A DNA stretch of 39,124 nucleotides. It comes from Reclinomonas americana ATCC 50394 (Eukaryota). The stretch lies in contig PS015623.1 of assembly GCA_048213135.1 (NCBI GenBank), forward strand, positions 45,103 to 84,226. The letters are read 5' to 3'. Position numbers and translations under genes: made by a program. The notes beneath the pieces are model-generated. The model saw nothing but the letters and a program-made list of their open reading frames with translations. It was not told where the DNA came from and made no database searches. Every line of letters begins with the position of its first letter. The first letter of the stretch is position 1. This document shows, piece after piece, positions 24,301-35,108 of the stretch.

Positions 24301-27300
24301 CGCACGCGAACCGTGTGCTCACAGTGCGATAGCTGCGCGAGATTCACGAGCAGCTGACTGCCAGTCGTCTGGCACACCACCGTGAGCGACTGGTGCTGCA
24401 GCAGGCGTTGGAGGACAAGGAGCATGAAGCCGACGAGCTGAGACATGAGGTGCGCAAAGCGCGCGAGTTTGGCGAGGTGAAGATCAAGATTCTGGAGGAC
24501 TCGGTGGCCAAGCTCGCCAAGCGCGGTGACGCCGAGCGTCGACTGGCCGAGCGAAATGACGAGATGTTTAGGTGTGGGTTGTGTGTGTGTGTTGTGAGAA
24601 AAAAGCAGACAACTCGTGAGTGCGAGTGTCGTGCTCATTGTCGTGTGTCTGTCTATAGGCTTGCACTCTCGGAGGCGCAACACAAGCGCGAGGCTCAGGA
24701 GCAACGCGTTCGTGCCTCCAAATTGGACGACATGCTCGGGGAGCGGAATCGACGGATCGCAGATCTGGAGACACAGCTCATCCAGCAGTCGGGCACCTCG
24801 TTGCCGGTATGTGTGTGTCTCTGAACGCGCAGGGGTTTCCATGCTCGATCTCGCTAATTTGTGGTCATCATAGCCTGTAATCGTGGACTCGCACGATGGC
24901 ATCTCGCAGTCTGGCAAAGGCAGCAAACGCAACGGCTCGGCCACGCCGCAGGTCTTCACCCTTTGTTGTTGTTCTTGTTGCTGTTGCTTTGCACTTTGTG
25001 GCTCATTGTCGCATACAATCAGCAGCAACATCAGCAGCAGCAGCAGGAGCAACAACAGACGCAGATCATCTCGACGCTGTCGGCGCAAGTGCAGTCGCAG
25101 AAGGAAGAGATTCGACGACTGCGGGAGGAGTTGCAGGAGCGGCCGTTGCCGCCACTGCCGCCAGTGTCAACAATGGTGGCACCGGTGGCGGATTCGGGAG
25201 CCCAAATGCGCAGCCTGTCGCTGGAGATGGAGTGCAACTCGTATCGCGAAAAGCTGCGTTTGTACGAAGACGAGGCCGCGCAGACGGCACAGCGCATGGC
25301 CACTCTGCAGAAGCAAGTGGGGCGGCAAAAGGAGGAGATGCATCGCAAGTACATGGCCGAGATGAGCGAGCACATTGCTGAGATCCACGGTCTGCGCCAG
25401 TCGCTGTCGTCGGCACAGCAGTACAGCGAGCAGGCAAGTCCACCTCACCCTGTGTGCCGAGTGATCGTCTCTCACAAAATCAGCCGCAGGTTCAATTGGA
25501 GCTGAATCGAGTGCGCACCGACAAGCTCTGCCTGTCCGATCAGTTGTCGCAGCGGGATCAGTTGGTGCACTCGCTGAAAGAGGAGACTGCACGACTGGCG
25601 GCACTGGCCGACGAAAGGTTAGCGTTTCGTTGTGTCTGCATTGACTCGTCGCCTCTGGTCGCTCACACGACGACAAAGGTGCCAACGAGCCGACGCTGAT
25701 GCACGGCGCGCGGCAGCTGAGTCCGACAGACTGGCGCACGAAGTCGAAGAGAAGAAAGTGCAGTTGCAGGTGATGGCCGAGAGCCTGCAGTCGCTGGAGA
25801 ATCGCAGCACCTTGCGCATGGATCATCACGGCTCGGCGTTGCGTGTCTGCCGTGGTCTCTCTGCGAATCACACATCACCTCACCCTTGACTCGCAGCGAT
25901 GGGCTGAGTGATGCCGCGAAGGAGCGCGTCTTGGTGCTGACGGCCAAGTTGCAGAGTCTCATCGCCAGCGACTTTGTGCAACAGCGTCGTGTCGCAGAGC
26001 TCACCAACCGAGTGGCGGAACTGTCGCGCGCCCCGCCGCCGAGTGGCGGTGCCGATTTGCATGCGGTCCAGCTGATCTCGCAGTCGCAGGCGGAGAACGA
26101 AGTGTTGCGCAAGCAAGTCAGCATGTTGAAGGGCGAGGTTCGCAGTCTGCAGGAGCAGGTCGAGGAGACCGAGCGCGAGCGGCAACAGACACGCGAGGCG
26201 CTCGAGAGCTTGCGCGCCGATGCCGTGAGGTACTGTGGGAGTTTGACCAGGAGGAGAATGCGTACACGCAAGAAGCTCACCATGTGTCGTACAGGGTGGC
26301 CAGCGAGCGTCGTGCGTGCGAGGAGCGGCTGCGAGCGCAGCGGCAAGAGTTTGCCGAGAGCCTCCAACGGCACCGCTCGGAGCTCAACTCCAAACTGCGC
26401 ACGGCCCACGAACGTATGGTGGCCCGCGAGCGAGAAGTACTGCTGTGGGTCGACCAGCACACTGCGCATGCGAGTGACAGCGACGGCAACGGTGCGCATG
26501 GTGGTGATGTGAGTCCCACACGGCGTGCAGGGGGTCGCCAGGGTCGCTCGCACAGTGCAAGCGCCGTACATCGTCGGAGTCGGTCGGCAGATGGTCGTAC
26601 GGCTACGTTGGCTAGTGGCGATGTTGGTGGCGGTGACGAAGCACCGGTCGGTGATGCACATGTCAAGCTGTGGACCGCCATTCGCAGCACGCGGCAGGTG
26701 CGTGTCGTCGACTGTTGCATGGCACTTATTCCATGATTGCCGTTCTAACTGTGTGCGGCTCGCCAGCTGCTGATGGATGTCACAGCGCGGTTGACAGTCC
26801 TGTCAAGGAACGACGATGCTGGTGCACCGGCGCTGGTACGTTGCCGACTTTGGATGAAGTAAGTCGGCGCGACGCTGCGTTTGACTCACACACACGCACG
26901 TCGCAGGAGAGTCTCGAGGACCTCAAATCGTACATGCGGTCAATATGTGGCAAGCTCGAATTGGCACTGATTCAACACACGCTGAGGTGAGATCTCCTTC
27001 AATCTTTGTTGACATGCAGACACTGGCTAACGTGCTCGGCAGTGAGCGCTTCCTCGAGCCGCGAATCACCGAACTTAATAATGAGTTGACCGAGCGCGAT
27101 ACCGAGGTGCAAATGTGGCGCGACAGATGTACAGTAGCCGAGCGCAGCACCACCACATGCGAGGTGAGTTTATTCTCACCCCCTTGTTGATTCTTTTTCT
27201 CTCACTCTTCGCCCGTGGCGCACCGCAGGCCGAGTATCGTACCATGCTGCAGTCGCACACCGATCATGTGGCATTGGAGAATGGACTGTTCCGCGGTCAA

Positions 27301-30300
27301 ATCAAGTCGCTCATGGATGAATTGCAGCGCACCAATGAGCAAGCACTGCGTGTCCACGAAGAGCACATTCGGTGCGCGGCAGCCATGTGTTCTGTGCACT
27401 GCGGTGTCATTCGACGCTCACGCTTGCATGTTGCGCACAGACTGACGCACGCCAACACGCTGCTGACGGTGCGCATTCGGGAGTTGGAGATTCATCTCGG
27501 CAAGGTGCAGAGCGAGGCCATGGAGCACGGGCACCAGGTAAACAGCGACGCATTGCAGCAGGCACGGAGATTCTGGGAGACGGAGCTGGACTCGCTAAAG
27601 ACCTACTTTGAGGAGGAGATTCTCAAGGTGTGTCGCACATGGGCCAGCTTTCGTGAGCGTCGCTCACTCCCTTTATTCACACAGACGGTGCTGGTGGAGT
27701 CGAGGCAACCGGTTCTGTCATTAACGCGGGAACTGTGGTCGCAAAAGATTGTCGAAAGCAACCTGCTGTTGGAGCTGGAACTGGCGCAGAAGCGACGGGA
27801 TGCGGTGACGGTGCAGTTGGAATCGCAGGCCAGGGTGAACCGATCGTTGTTGGATCGCCTGCAAGAGGCCGAGGTGCTGTCGAGCACTTCGCCGACTGCG
27901 GCGTCGGTCACGGGTTCGGATAGCACGGTGTTTGGACAGTCGCTCGCCGCGTCGCTGTCACGCAAGACAGAACAGTTGGTGGCCATGGAGAAGGAGCTGC
28001 AGGAAGAGCGGCTGCTGGTGAGACGGTTGGAGAGTGATTTGCACATGTTGCAAACGCGCGCCGAGCGAGACCTGCATGCTGCGCGCACGACGGCTCAGTT
28101 GGAGACTTCGGGAAAGCACACAGAGTGGGAGAGGCGTCTCAGTACTGTGGAGGCGGAAAACGAGCGTCTGCATGCGGAGATTCTCAGATTACACGAGGAG
28201 CACGGGCACGAACTCATCGCGGTGCGGAAGCGCCTGAAGGAGGCGTACGAGAAGGTTCGTTATGCATTCGTGCGGTGTGTGTGTGTGTGTGTGTGTGCGG
28301 AAGGGCTCGTCTTCCTGCTCACTGGCATGTGTGCAGGAGGTGCTGGAGCTGGTGGACAAGTCGCGGCACATGAAGGTGGAGCACGACGAGGTGGTGCGGC
28401 AGTTGGAGGAGGTCAATGCGGCAGAGTCGTCGCGTCAGGCCGCATCGCAACAGCGAAAGGCATCATCGACGGCGGCAGCAAGTCCCGACGCCGTCAAGCA
28501 GCAGTGTTTGATCCGGCTGCGAGCCGACGATTTGGTCGCCGAGATTGAGACACGTGATCGCATTATTGAGGATTTGCAAAAGACAGTGGAACGACTGGCC
28601 AGTGTCGACCACGACGAGGAGGGCGGACGGGGGAGGAGCACCAGTCCCACTGGATTCATGTCGCTGACAGTGTCATCGCGTGGCAAGCAGCGTCGGTGAG
28701 TGAGGGTATGTGAGAGTGCCTGCGTTGGATGGCGATGCTGACTGCAGCTTCTGCCCCCTGTAGTGTGCATGGTCGCCCTGTGGAGGGTGCTGCGTCAGCG
28801 ACTGCCACAGTACCGCCAGCCGGTGGTGGAACTGGTGCCGCAGGTCCAACAACCGCTGCTGCCGCCCTCTCGCGTCACGTCTCGCAGCTCACTCGCGAGC
28901 TCGTGCGTGCCAAGGTTGCGTACAACTGAACCAAGAGCACGTCCGTTTCCGAATGATTGCTGACCGACGCCTGTGTGGTGTCGCAGACTGAACGACAAGA
29001 GGCCATTTCACGCATGCGCGTGGCGCTGCGAGCCGAGCTGGAAGTGCGTGAGCGCCTCTCGGCATTACGACTGCAATCCATTAGCCGTAGTGGCACGACC
29101 GCGGAAGCGCAAAGTGGTCCTCGGCGGCGCGACGAGTTGGCCGTGCGAAATGCGGAGCTCGAAGCAGAGGTGAACCACTTGCGTGGCATGCTGGCGCGTG
29201 CGCAGCTGCAAGTGACGCTTGGCGACGACGGGCATGTGGCCTCGCAGATGGTTCCGTACTCTGCATGTCTCACCAGTGTTGACTGTTGTACGTGCACTGA
29301 CGCTTGCTGGTGCCCTCCAGCGCGCGAATGGCGACACGGCCTCTCAGTCGGTGCTGGATGCGGTGCGTTGTAACTGCGCTGCGCGTTTGAGCTCACACAA
29401 AGCTCACTCGCCCTCGTAATGATGCAGCACTTTGTGTTGCAACACGGAGCACTTCCGTCGGCCGCACCGGCGCAGACGGGGGCAGGCGTTGTGCGCGACC
29501 ACAGTGAGGTGGACACGGTGTTGACTCGCATCGAGCACTCGCTATTGTCGCTGAGCAGCGCACTGGCGATCCGCCAACACGGCGCCGACGATGACGCTGC
29601 CTCTGCGGCTGCGAATGACGATGCGGGACCGGCAGATGAGGTCCGACCGGCCGAGGTGGCTCGCATTCGCAAGTTGCGTTCACGCACATGTTTTATCGCG
29701 TGGAGGGCGCCTTACCGATGTTTTTCATTTGGAGCAGGCTCTTTGATGACTGCATGCAGACATACATTAGCGAGTTGCACCGTCGACTGCGAGTGGCTGC
29801 CGACGTGTCGCAACACGCTGGAATCTCATTACCCAGGTTCCGAACTCACTACGCGTTTCTGCGCTCTTTCTTCTGTTCCTCTGAACCTCCTGAACAGCAC
29901 CGCCAGCGATCTGGTGCAGGAGCGTCGTGCCGTGTGGGAGGGCATGTTGGAACTCACACAGCGCATGTCGTCGCACGCCGGTTCGCTGATCTCCAAGGCA
30001 CAAGCGCTTCGCAAGCATCTTCGCCCCGAAGATGCGTCAGCACGCGACGCACTCGCCGACATGTCGGGAGTCGAGTCGATGGCACAACTGTTGCAGCAAG
30101 AGGTGCAGTCTTGCGGTCGGTGCCGGTTTTTTTGTCGTGGCACTCATGCAACGTTGCACTGCAGCTGCAAGACGTGGCCAAGATGCAAGGCTATCAGGTC
30201 GGCTTGTGCAATGTAGACGCGCAATTTGGTGGTGGTGCTGCGTCGGCCGCAGCATCAGATCGGTGAGTGCCTGTGTGTTGTTTGTCGCCTTCTTTTTCCA

Positions 30301-33300
30301 ATTGTGGGTGACCGGGCCATGCCATGTGCTGCAGCGAGCCGGTGGTGTTGACGTTGAAACAGCAAGTCGTCGACTTGCAGTCGGAGCTGAGTCGCCGCGG
30401 TGAGGAGACTGCACTGGATCAGCTGCGTCAGCGCGTCGAGCGTGAGAGTCTGGAAGAGCGCGTACGCCTTCTCGCACAAGCACAAGAGGCAAGTGTGTGT
30501 GTCTGTCTCAGAAGCTATGCTGTGTGACCGCTTCCGCTCATTGATTGGTGCGTGCCTCACAGCAACTTCGACAACGCTACGATGCGCTGCGTGAGAAGCT
30601 ACGCGACGAACGGCGCCAGCACAGTGAGAGTCGCAAGCAGGCCGACAAGGTGCAGCGGCAGCTGGTCGAGACGCAGTCGGCAAAGGACGATGCGGAGCGT
30701 CGACTCCAACAAGCACGCACCACCACTCGTCGTGAGTCCTCCTCGGCGGCGGCGGCACGCACTGATGGTGAGTCAGGCGAGTATGAGTGCGCGCGCGTCT
30801 CCATGCGGCATGCTGACGGGTGTCTGCAGGCGACGGTGAGCGTGACAGACGCTTGCGTGAGGCGGAGGCGCAAGTGGCTGCGCAGAGACAACGCGCGGAT
30901 CAGGTGCAGGAGGAGTTGCGATCGGAGGTCGAACGGCTGCGTCACGAGCTGGAGAGTGTGCGGGTGCGTTGTCGACGGCTATACCCTCCCACTCACGTGT
31001 TTTCGATGACCCAGACTAATGTGCGAGTGTGCTTTGCAGGAGCAACATCAGACCAAGTGCGACGAGCTGGCGCAGTGCACGCAAGAGCGCGATTCGGCAC
31101 GCCGTCAACTCGGCGAATCGCTGGCTGCACTCACCAGCAAGGCGCCCTCTGTGCCACCATCACCGGCGCCGGTGCCACAGGTCCATGACGATGCGTTGCG
31201 GCATTGGCGGGAGCGCTGCCGGTTGTTGGAGAGTGATGTGGAGCGAGCGAGGGAGGAGGCAGCGGAGAAGGATGACGAGGTGCAGAAGCTCACCGATCTG
31301 TGTGCTCGAGCCGACTCGGAGATTTCACAAATGCGCGGCGAGATGCGACGGGCTATGGAGGAGGTGGCGTGCTGTGTTTGCGCTCTGCGGGGGAAAAACG
31401 CCTTCCTCATTGTCCGTTCTGTGTGTGCAGCATGCCTCCATGCTGACGGATTACCGACAGCAACTCGAGGATGCGACCGCCGAGTGCGAGCGTTTGCGGG
31501 AACAGCAGCATCGACATGGTGGTGAGCGCGGTTACGTGCGTCACATTCAAGCACAGCTGGAGCAACAACAGGAGCGATTCAGACAGCAGCTGGAGGATCA
31601 ACGCCGTTTGTTGGAGGAGCACGCGCAGCCAGTGGTGCACGCAGAACGCGAGCTGTCGCCAAATGGATCGGTGAGGCTGTCAGCGTCGTCGCTCTCTTCA
31701 CAACTACCGTGACTGACTGGGCGCTGTGCAGTTGGCCGACGTACAGGAGGAGTTTGCGGCATATCGTAGGGCTCACGATGCCATGGCGGAGATGTACGAA
31801 GCCGAGATCGAACAGCTGCGCGAGCAGATGAACGTGGTGTGTTCGCACAGAAACACGAGCGTGCTGCATCTGTCCTCGAGTCTCACTCCGTTATCAGCTG
31901 CTGCGTGAGCGACGAGCTGCCGGCGCCCCTATTGTGGCTCGTGTGGCCCGCCCAGTGGGACGCAAGTTTGCACCCCTGCATTCGCGCAAGCGGCATGCGC
32001 AGGTCGCTGTCATTCCCGAAGGCGAGGAATCTTCATTCCCGTCCATTTCCAGTCTGTCGCCATCGCAACCGTCGTCGTCGTCGTCAAATGCGTCGGCGGC
32101 GGCCATGGTTCCGCCGCTGGCCTTGCCAAGGCACGAATCGGCAGCTACCACGACTGGTTTCGCCTCCGATGTTGCGGACAGCAGGCTGTTGCAGTTGGTG
32201 TGTGTGTGATACGCTGCTTACACATTTTTGTCGCAGTCGGCATACAAGGACTGGATGATTGAGCGGCTAAAGGAGGACGTGACCGAGTTGCGCAAGCAAC
32301 TGCGCAAGCTCCAACCAAAGGCAAGCCTTGTGTGCCGAGCGTTTGAGGTTGCGTGTAATGTCGCTTATGTGTGTGCGATGTGTGTGTGTGTGTGCAGCGG
32401 AAGAAGGGTGCAGCGGCTGTACGCATTGCCGGAGCCAGCGAGGGTGGCGTGCCAGCCTACGCACCGTTCCAGTGGCGCACCGAGAAGCGCAACCTGCAGA
32501 TCGAGTTGGAGATTGCCGCCGACCGACTGCGAGAGAGTGAAAACCGCGTGCTGGAGCACAAGCGGACGATTGACACGCTGAATCGGCGCATCCGTGAGCT
32601 GATGCGAGACCTCACCGCCGCCAGTCGGTGAGATCTCTCTCTCTTCTCTCTTCACGTGTGCTGGTGAAGAAGGAGAAATGTCTGACCAACGCTGCAGGGA
32701 ACGCGAGGCCGCTGCGGCTGCGAGCTCACGTCAGCAGCAGTTGCGCAAGAGCCAGCGATTGCACACTCATGTCGTCGTTGTATAATTGTCTCAACTCATG
32801 ATGTTCTGTTGGCAGACTGGATGACCTCGCCGCACGCACGAAACAGCAACGAGAGGAGGTGCAACGAAAGAATCGACAACTCAGCGCCATGAAGCACTCG
32901 GTGGAGGACATGGTGAGGATTGGGCATGCAAGAAAGCTTTGCCTTGGTTGGCTCGTTTTTCTCACGCCGTGGTCTCCTGCAGGAGGAGAAGAGTGCATTG
33001 CTGCAGCAGAAGCTCATGGTGGCGGAGGAGCGCAACAAGCGGCTCGAGGGCGACATCCTGCGCAAGGTTACGCCTCGGTGTGCTCGCTCGTGCTGCTGAT
33101 AGTGCATGTCGCCCTCATCACTTTCGTGCAGGATAATTTGATACGCGAACTGCGCGCCCGCGAGGAGCGTGCACACGGCGATGTGGATGCCGCGCAGCAG
33201 CAGGCCCAGAAACTGAGGTGAGCCGTTTCTATTTACTCCCGGCCTCCCCGTGCTTGCGTCACTCACGTGCACGGGGGTGGTCTTGTTTTTTCCTTTGTAG

Positions 33301-34316
33301 AGAGGATGGCGGCAAGCGCGACAAGATCATCAAGGAGCTGTCGCGGCGCGCACAAGTGCAAAAACAAGAGAGCGACGAGCTGGTTCGACTGCATGGCGAG
33401 CTGGAAAAGGTGGTCCGTCAACAGCGCGACGAGATCGCCTCGATGAGCTCGCGCCTGCAGTCGTTGGCCACGGAGCGCACCGAACTGCACGATCAGTACG
33501 AGGCGCTGAAGGAGCTCGTGCACGCTCTCGGCCTCGAACAGTTCCGTTGCCTGGAACGTCTGCAGGCCGCCACCAGCCTTCTCGACGGCGGTGTTGGCGC
33601 GGCACCGACGGCGTCGGGAGTGGGCGGCGACCTGTACCGCAGTGCCGAATCGCTGTCCATGTCGGTGCGTCGCCACCAGAAGCGCTTCTTGTCCTCTCGC
33701 AGCGTTGTGTGCTCACACACGTACTGGTGCAAACGCACAGCTGCTTGACTTCAACCCGGGAGAGCTGCACGATTTCTTGACGCCGGGCGCCGGTGGACGA
33801 CGCGCCGGTGGCGGTGGTGCGCAGTCGTCGGCACTGAGCGACAAGTACCAGACGCTGCGCAGCCAGTTCCTCGACTCGATGCGCCAGAATCATGCACGCA
33901 CACTGGGTGCGGCACTGACGCAGGCCGTCGAGGAGCGCGTGCACCTGGAGACGGAGCACGCACGACGGCTGGCGGCACAACCATCACGCGAGGAGCAAGC
34001 CGAGAAGCGACGACAGCTGCAGGTGCTGCAGGACTACGAGCAAGCGGTGCTCTCCATCAAGCAGCAGATTCGCTTGGAGCAGTCGCAACACGAGGCGCGC
34101 GTCGCCACGTACGAGAACCAGGTGTCGGAGCTGACGCAAAAAGTGCGCATCTACGAGCAAACCGTGGCACGGCTGCAGCAGCAGCTGACGGCGGCACTCA
34201 CCGCCCCAGCCGCCACTCGCCGGGATCTAATGGCGGGCAGCAGCAGAGGAGGAGAAATAGGAAGAGGAGGAGGAGACGAAGGCGACAGCGATTTCGACCT
34301 GCCGTCGCCACTGTGA
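21317..34316 (+). CDS. Giant coiled-coil protein with an N-terminal MSP/ASH-like Ig fold (5' end in gap; ~47 introns); possibly centrosomal or basal-body
   Basis: Exons splice in phase from VTIVANNKERYEVEPSVFEVLGGESHDFEIRL...YKDHFQVK (MSP-like beta pattern) through long E/Q/R/L heptad-rich segments to TGA at 34314-34316. The function is inferred only. Confidence 0.75.
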
Positions 34317-34397
34317 TGATGATGATAACGAATGACGAATGACTATAATAATGAATGAATGAGCTCTAATCGCAGTTGTGTACATGCTGCAGCATCC

Positions 34398-34808
34398 TCA
34401 CACACGCTCAGTGCGCACCGAGAGCAAGTGCTTGACCTGTGCCTGCAAAGTGAGCGCGACAATGACAACGACACACACGCAGTCAGTCACACAAAAGAGA
34501 GCAGCGTGCCTTGCTCAGTTTGCCAATGATCTCGCGTGTCGCCGGCAACACCCTCTCCTGCTGCAACTTGTGCAGACGCAGCGATCGCACGGTTGACCGC
34601 ACGGCCTCCGTGTTGCCAATGGGACTGCATGAGAGAGAAGAGAGAGAAAGAGAAGAAGGGAGGGTGAGAAGGGAAGAGAGTTGCAAGAGAGAGAGAGAGA
34701 GAGTAAGTGTGTGTGTGTGAGAGAGAGAGGAGGGTGAGGGAGAGTGTGTGTGCGTGTGTGTGTGGAGAGAGAGAAGAAGATCGAGGAAGAAGAAGAGAGG
34801 GTGAGGGA

Positions 34809-34844
<36 letters not shown>

Positions 34845-34904
34845 AGAGAGTGGAGAGTGGAGAGTGTGCGTGTGCATTATGCGCGTCTTTCACTTTCCCC
34901 CTTA

Positions 34905-34963
<59 letters not shown>

Positions 34964-35009
34964 CTCACCTCTTGACCAGCTTCACAAAGAGGATCGTGCC
35001 ACCGCTCAT
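34398..35009 (-). CDS. MRPL30: Mitochondrial (bacterial-type) ribosomal protein uL30; exons 35009-34969, 34624-34510, 34436-34398
   Basis: The spliced product is MSGGTILFVKLVKSPIGNTEAVRSTVRSLRLHKLQQERVLPATREIIGKLSKVKHLLSVRTERV, matching the uL30 pattern (VKLVKSPIG...TVRSL.L.KL.Q......T..I.G...KVKHLL.V). The second intron is GC-AG. Confidence 0.88.
34630..34960. repeat. Compound (GA)n/(GT)n/(CA)n microsatellite block inside uL30 intron 1
   Basis: Seen directly; includes a long (CA)n at ~34906-34960 and (GT)n at ~34813-34842. Confidence 0.9.
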
Positions 35010-35108
35010 CGCCAACACCAAAATCAACAACAAGTCGATGTCGACCGTCGCGCGCGCGCGTCGTCCTGTCACTCCTGTCCACGCTCTCGTGCGCGCTCGC
35101 TCACCTGC
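35010..35108. promoter_or_regulatory. Putative bidirectional promoter between uL30 and the F-box/LRR gene (99 bp between ATGs), containing (CG)6
   Basis: Head-to-head ATGs at 35009(-) and 35109(+); CGCGCGCGCGCG at 35049-35060. Confidence 0.5.
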
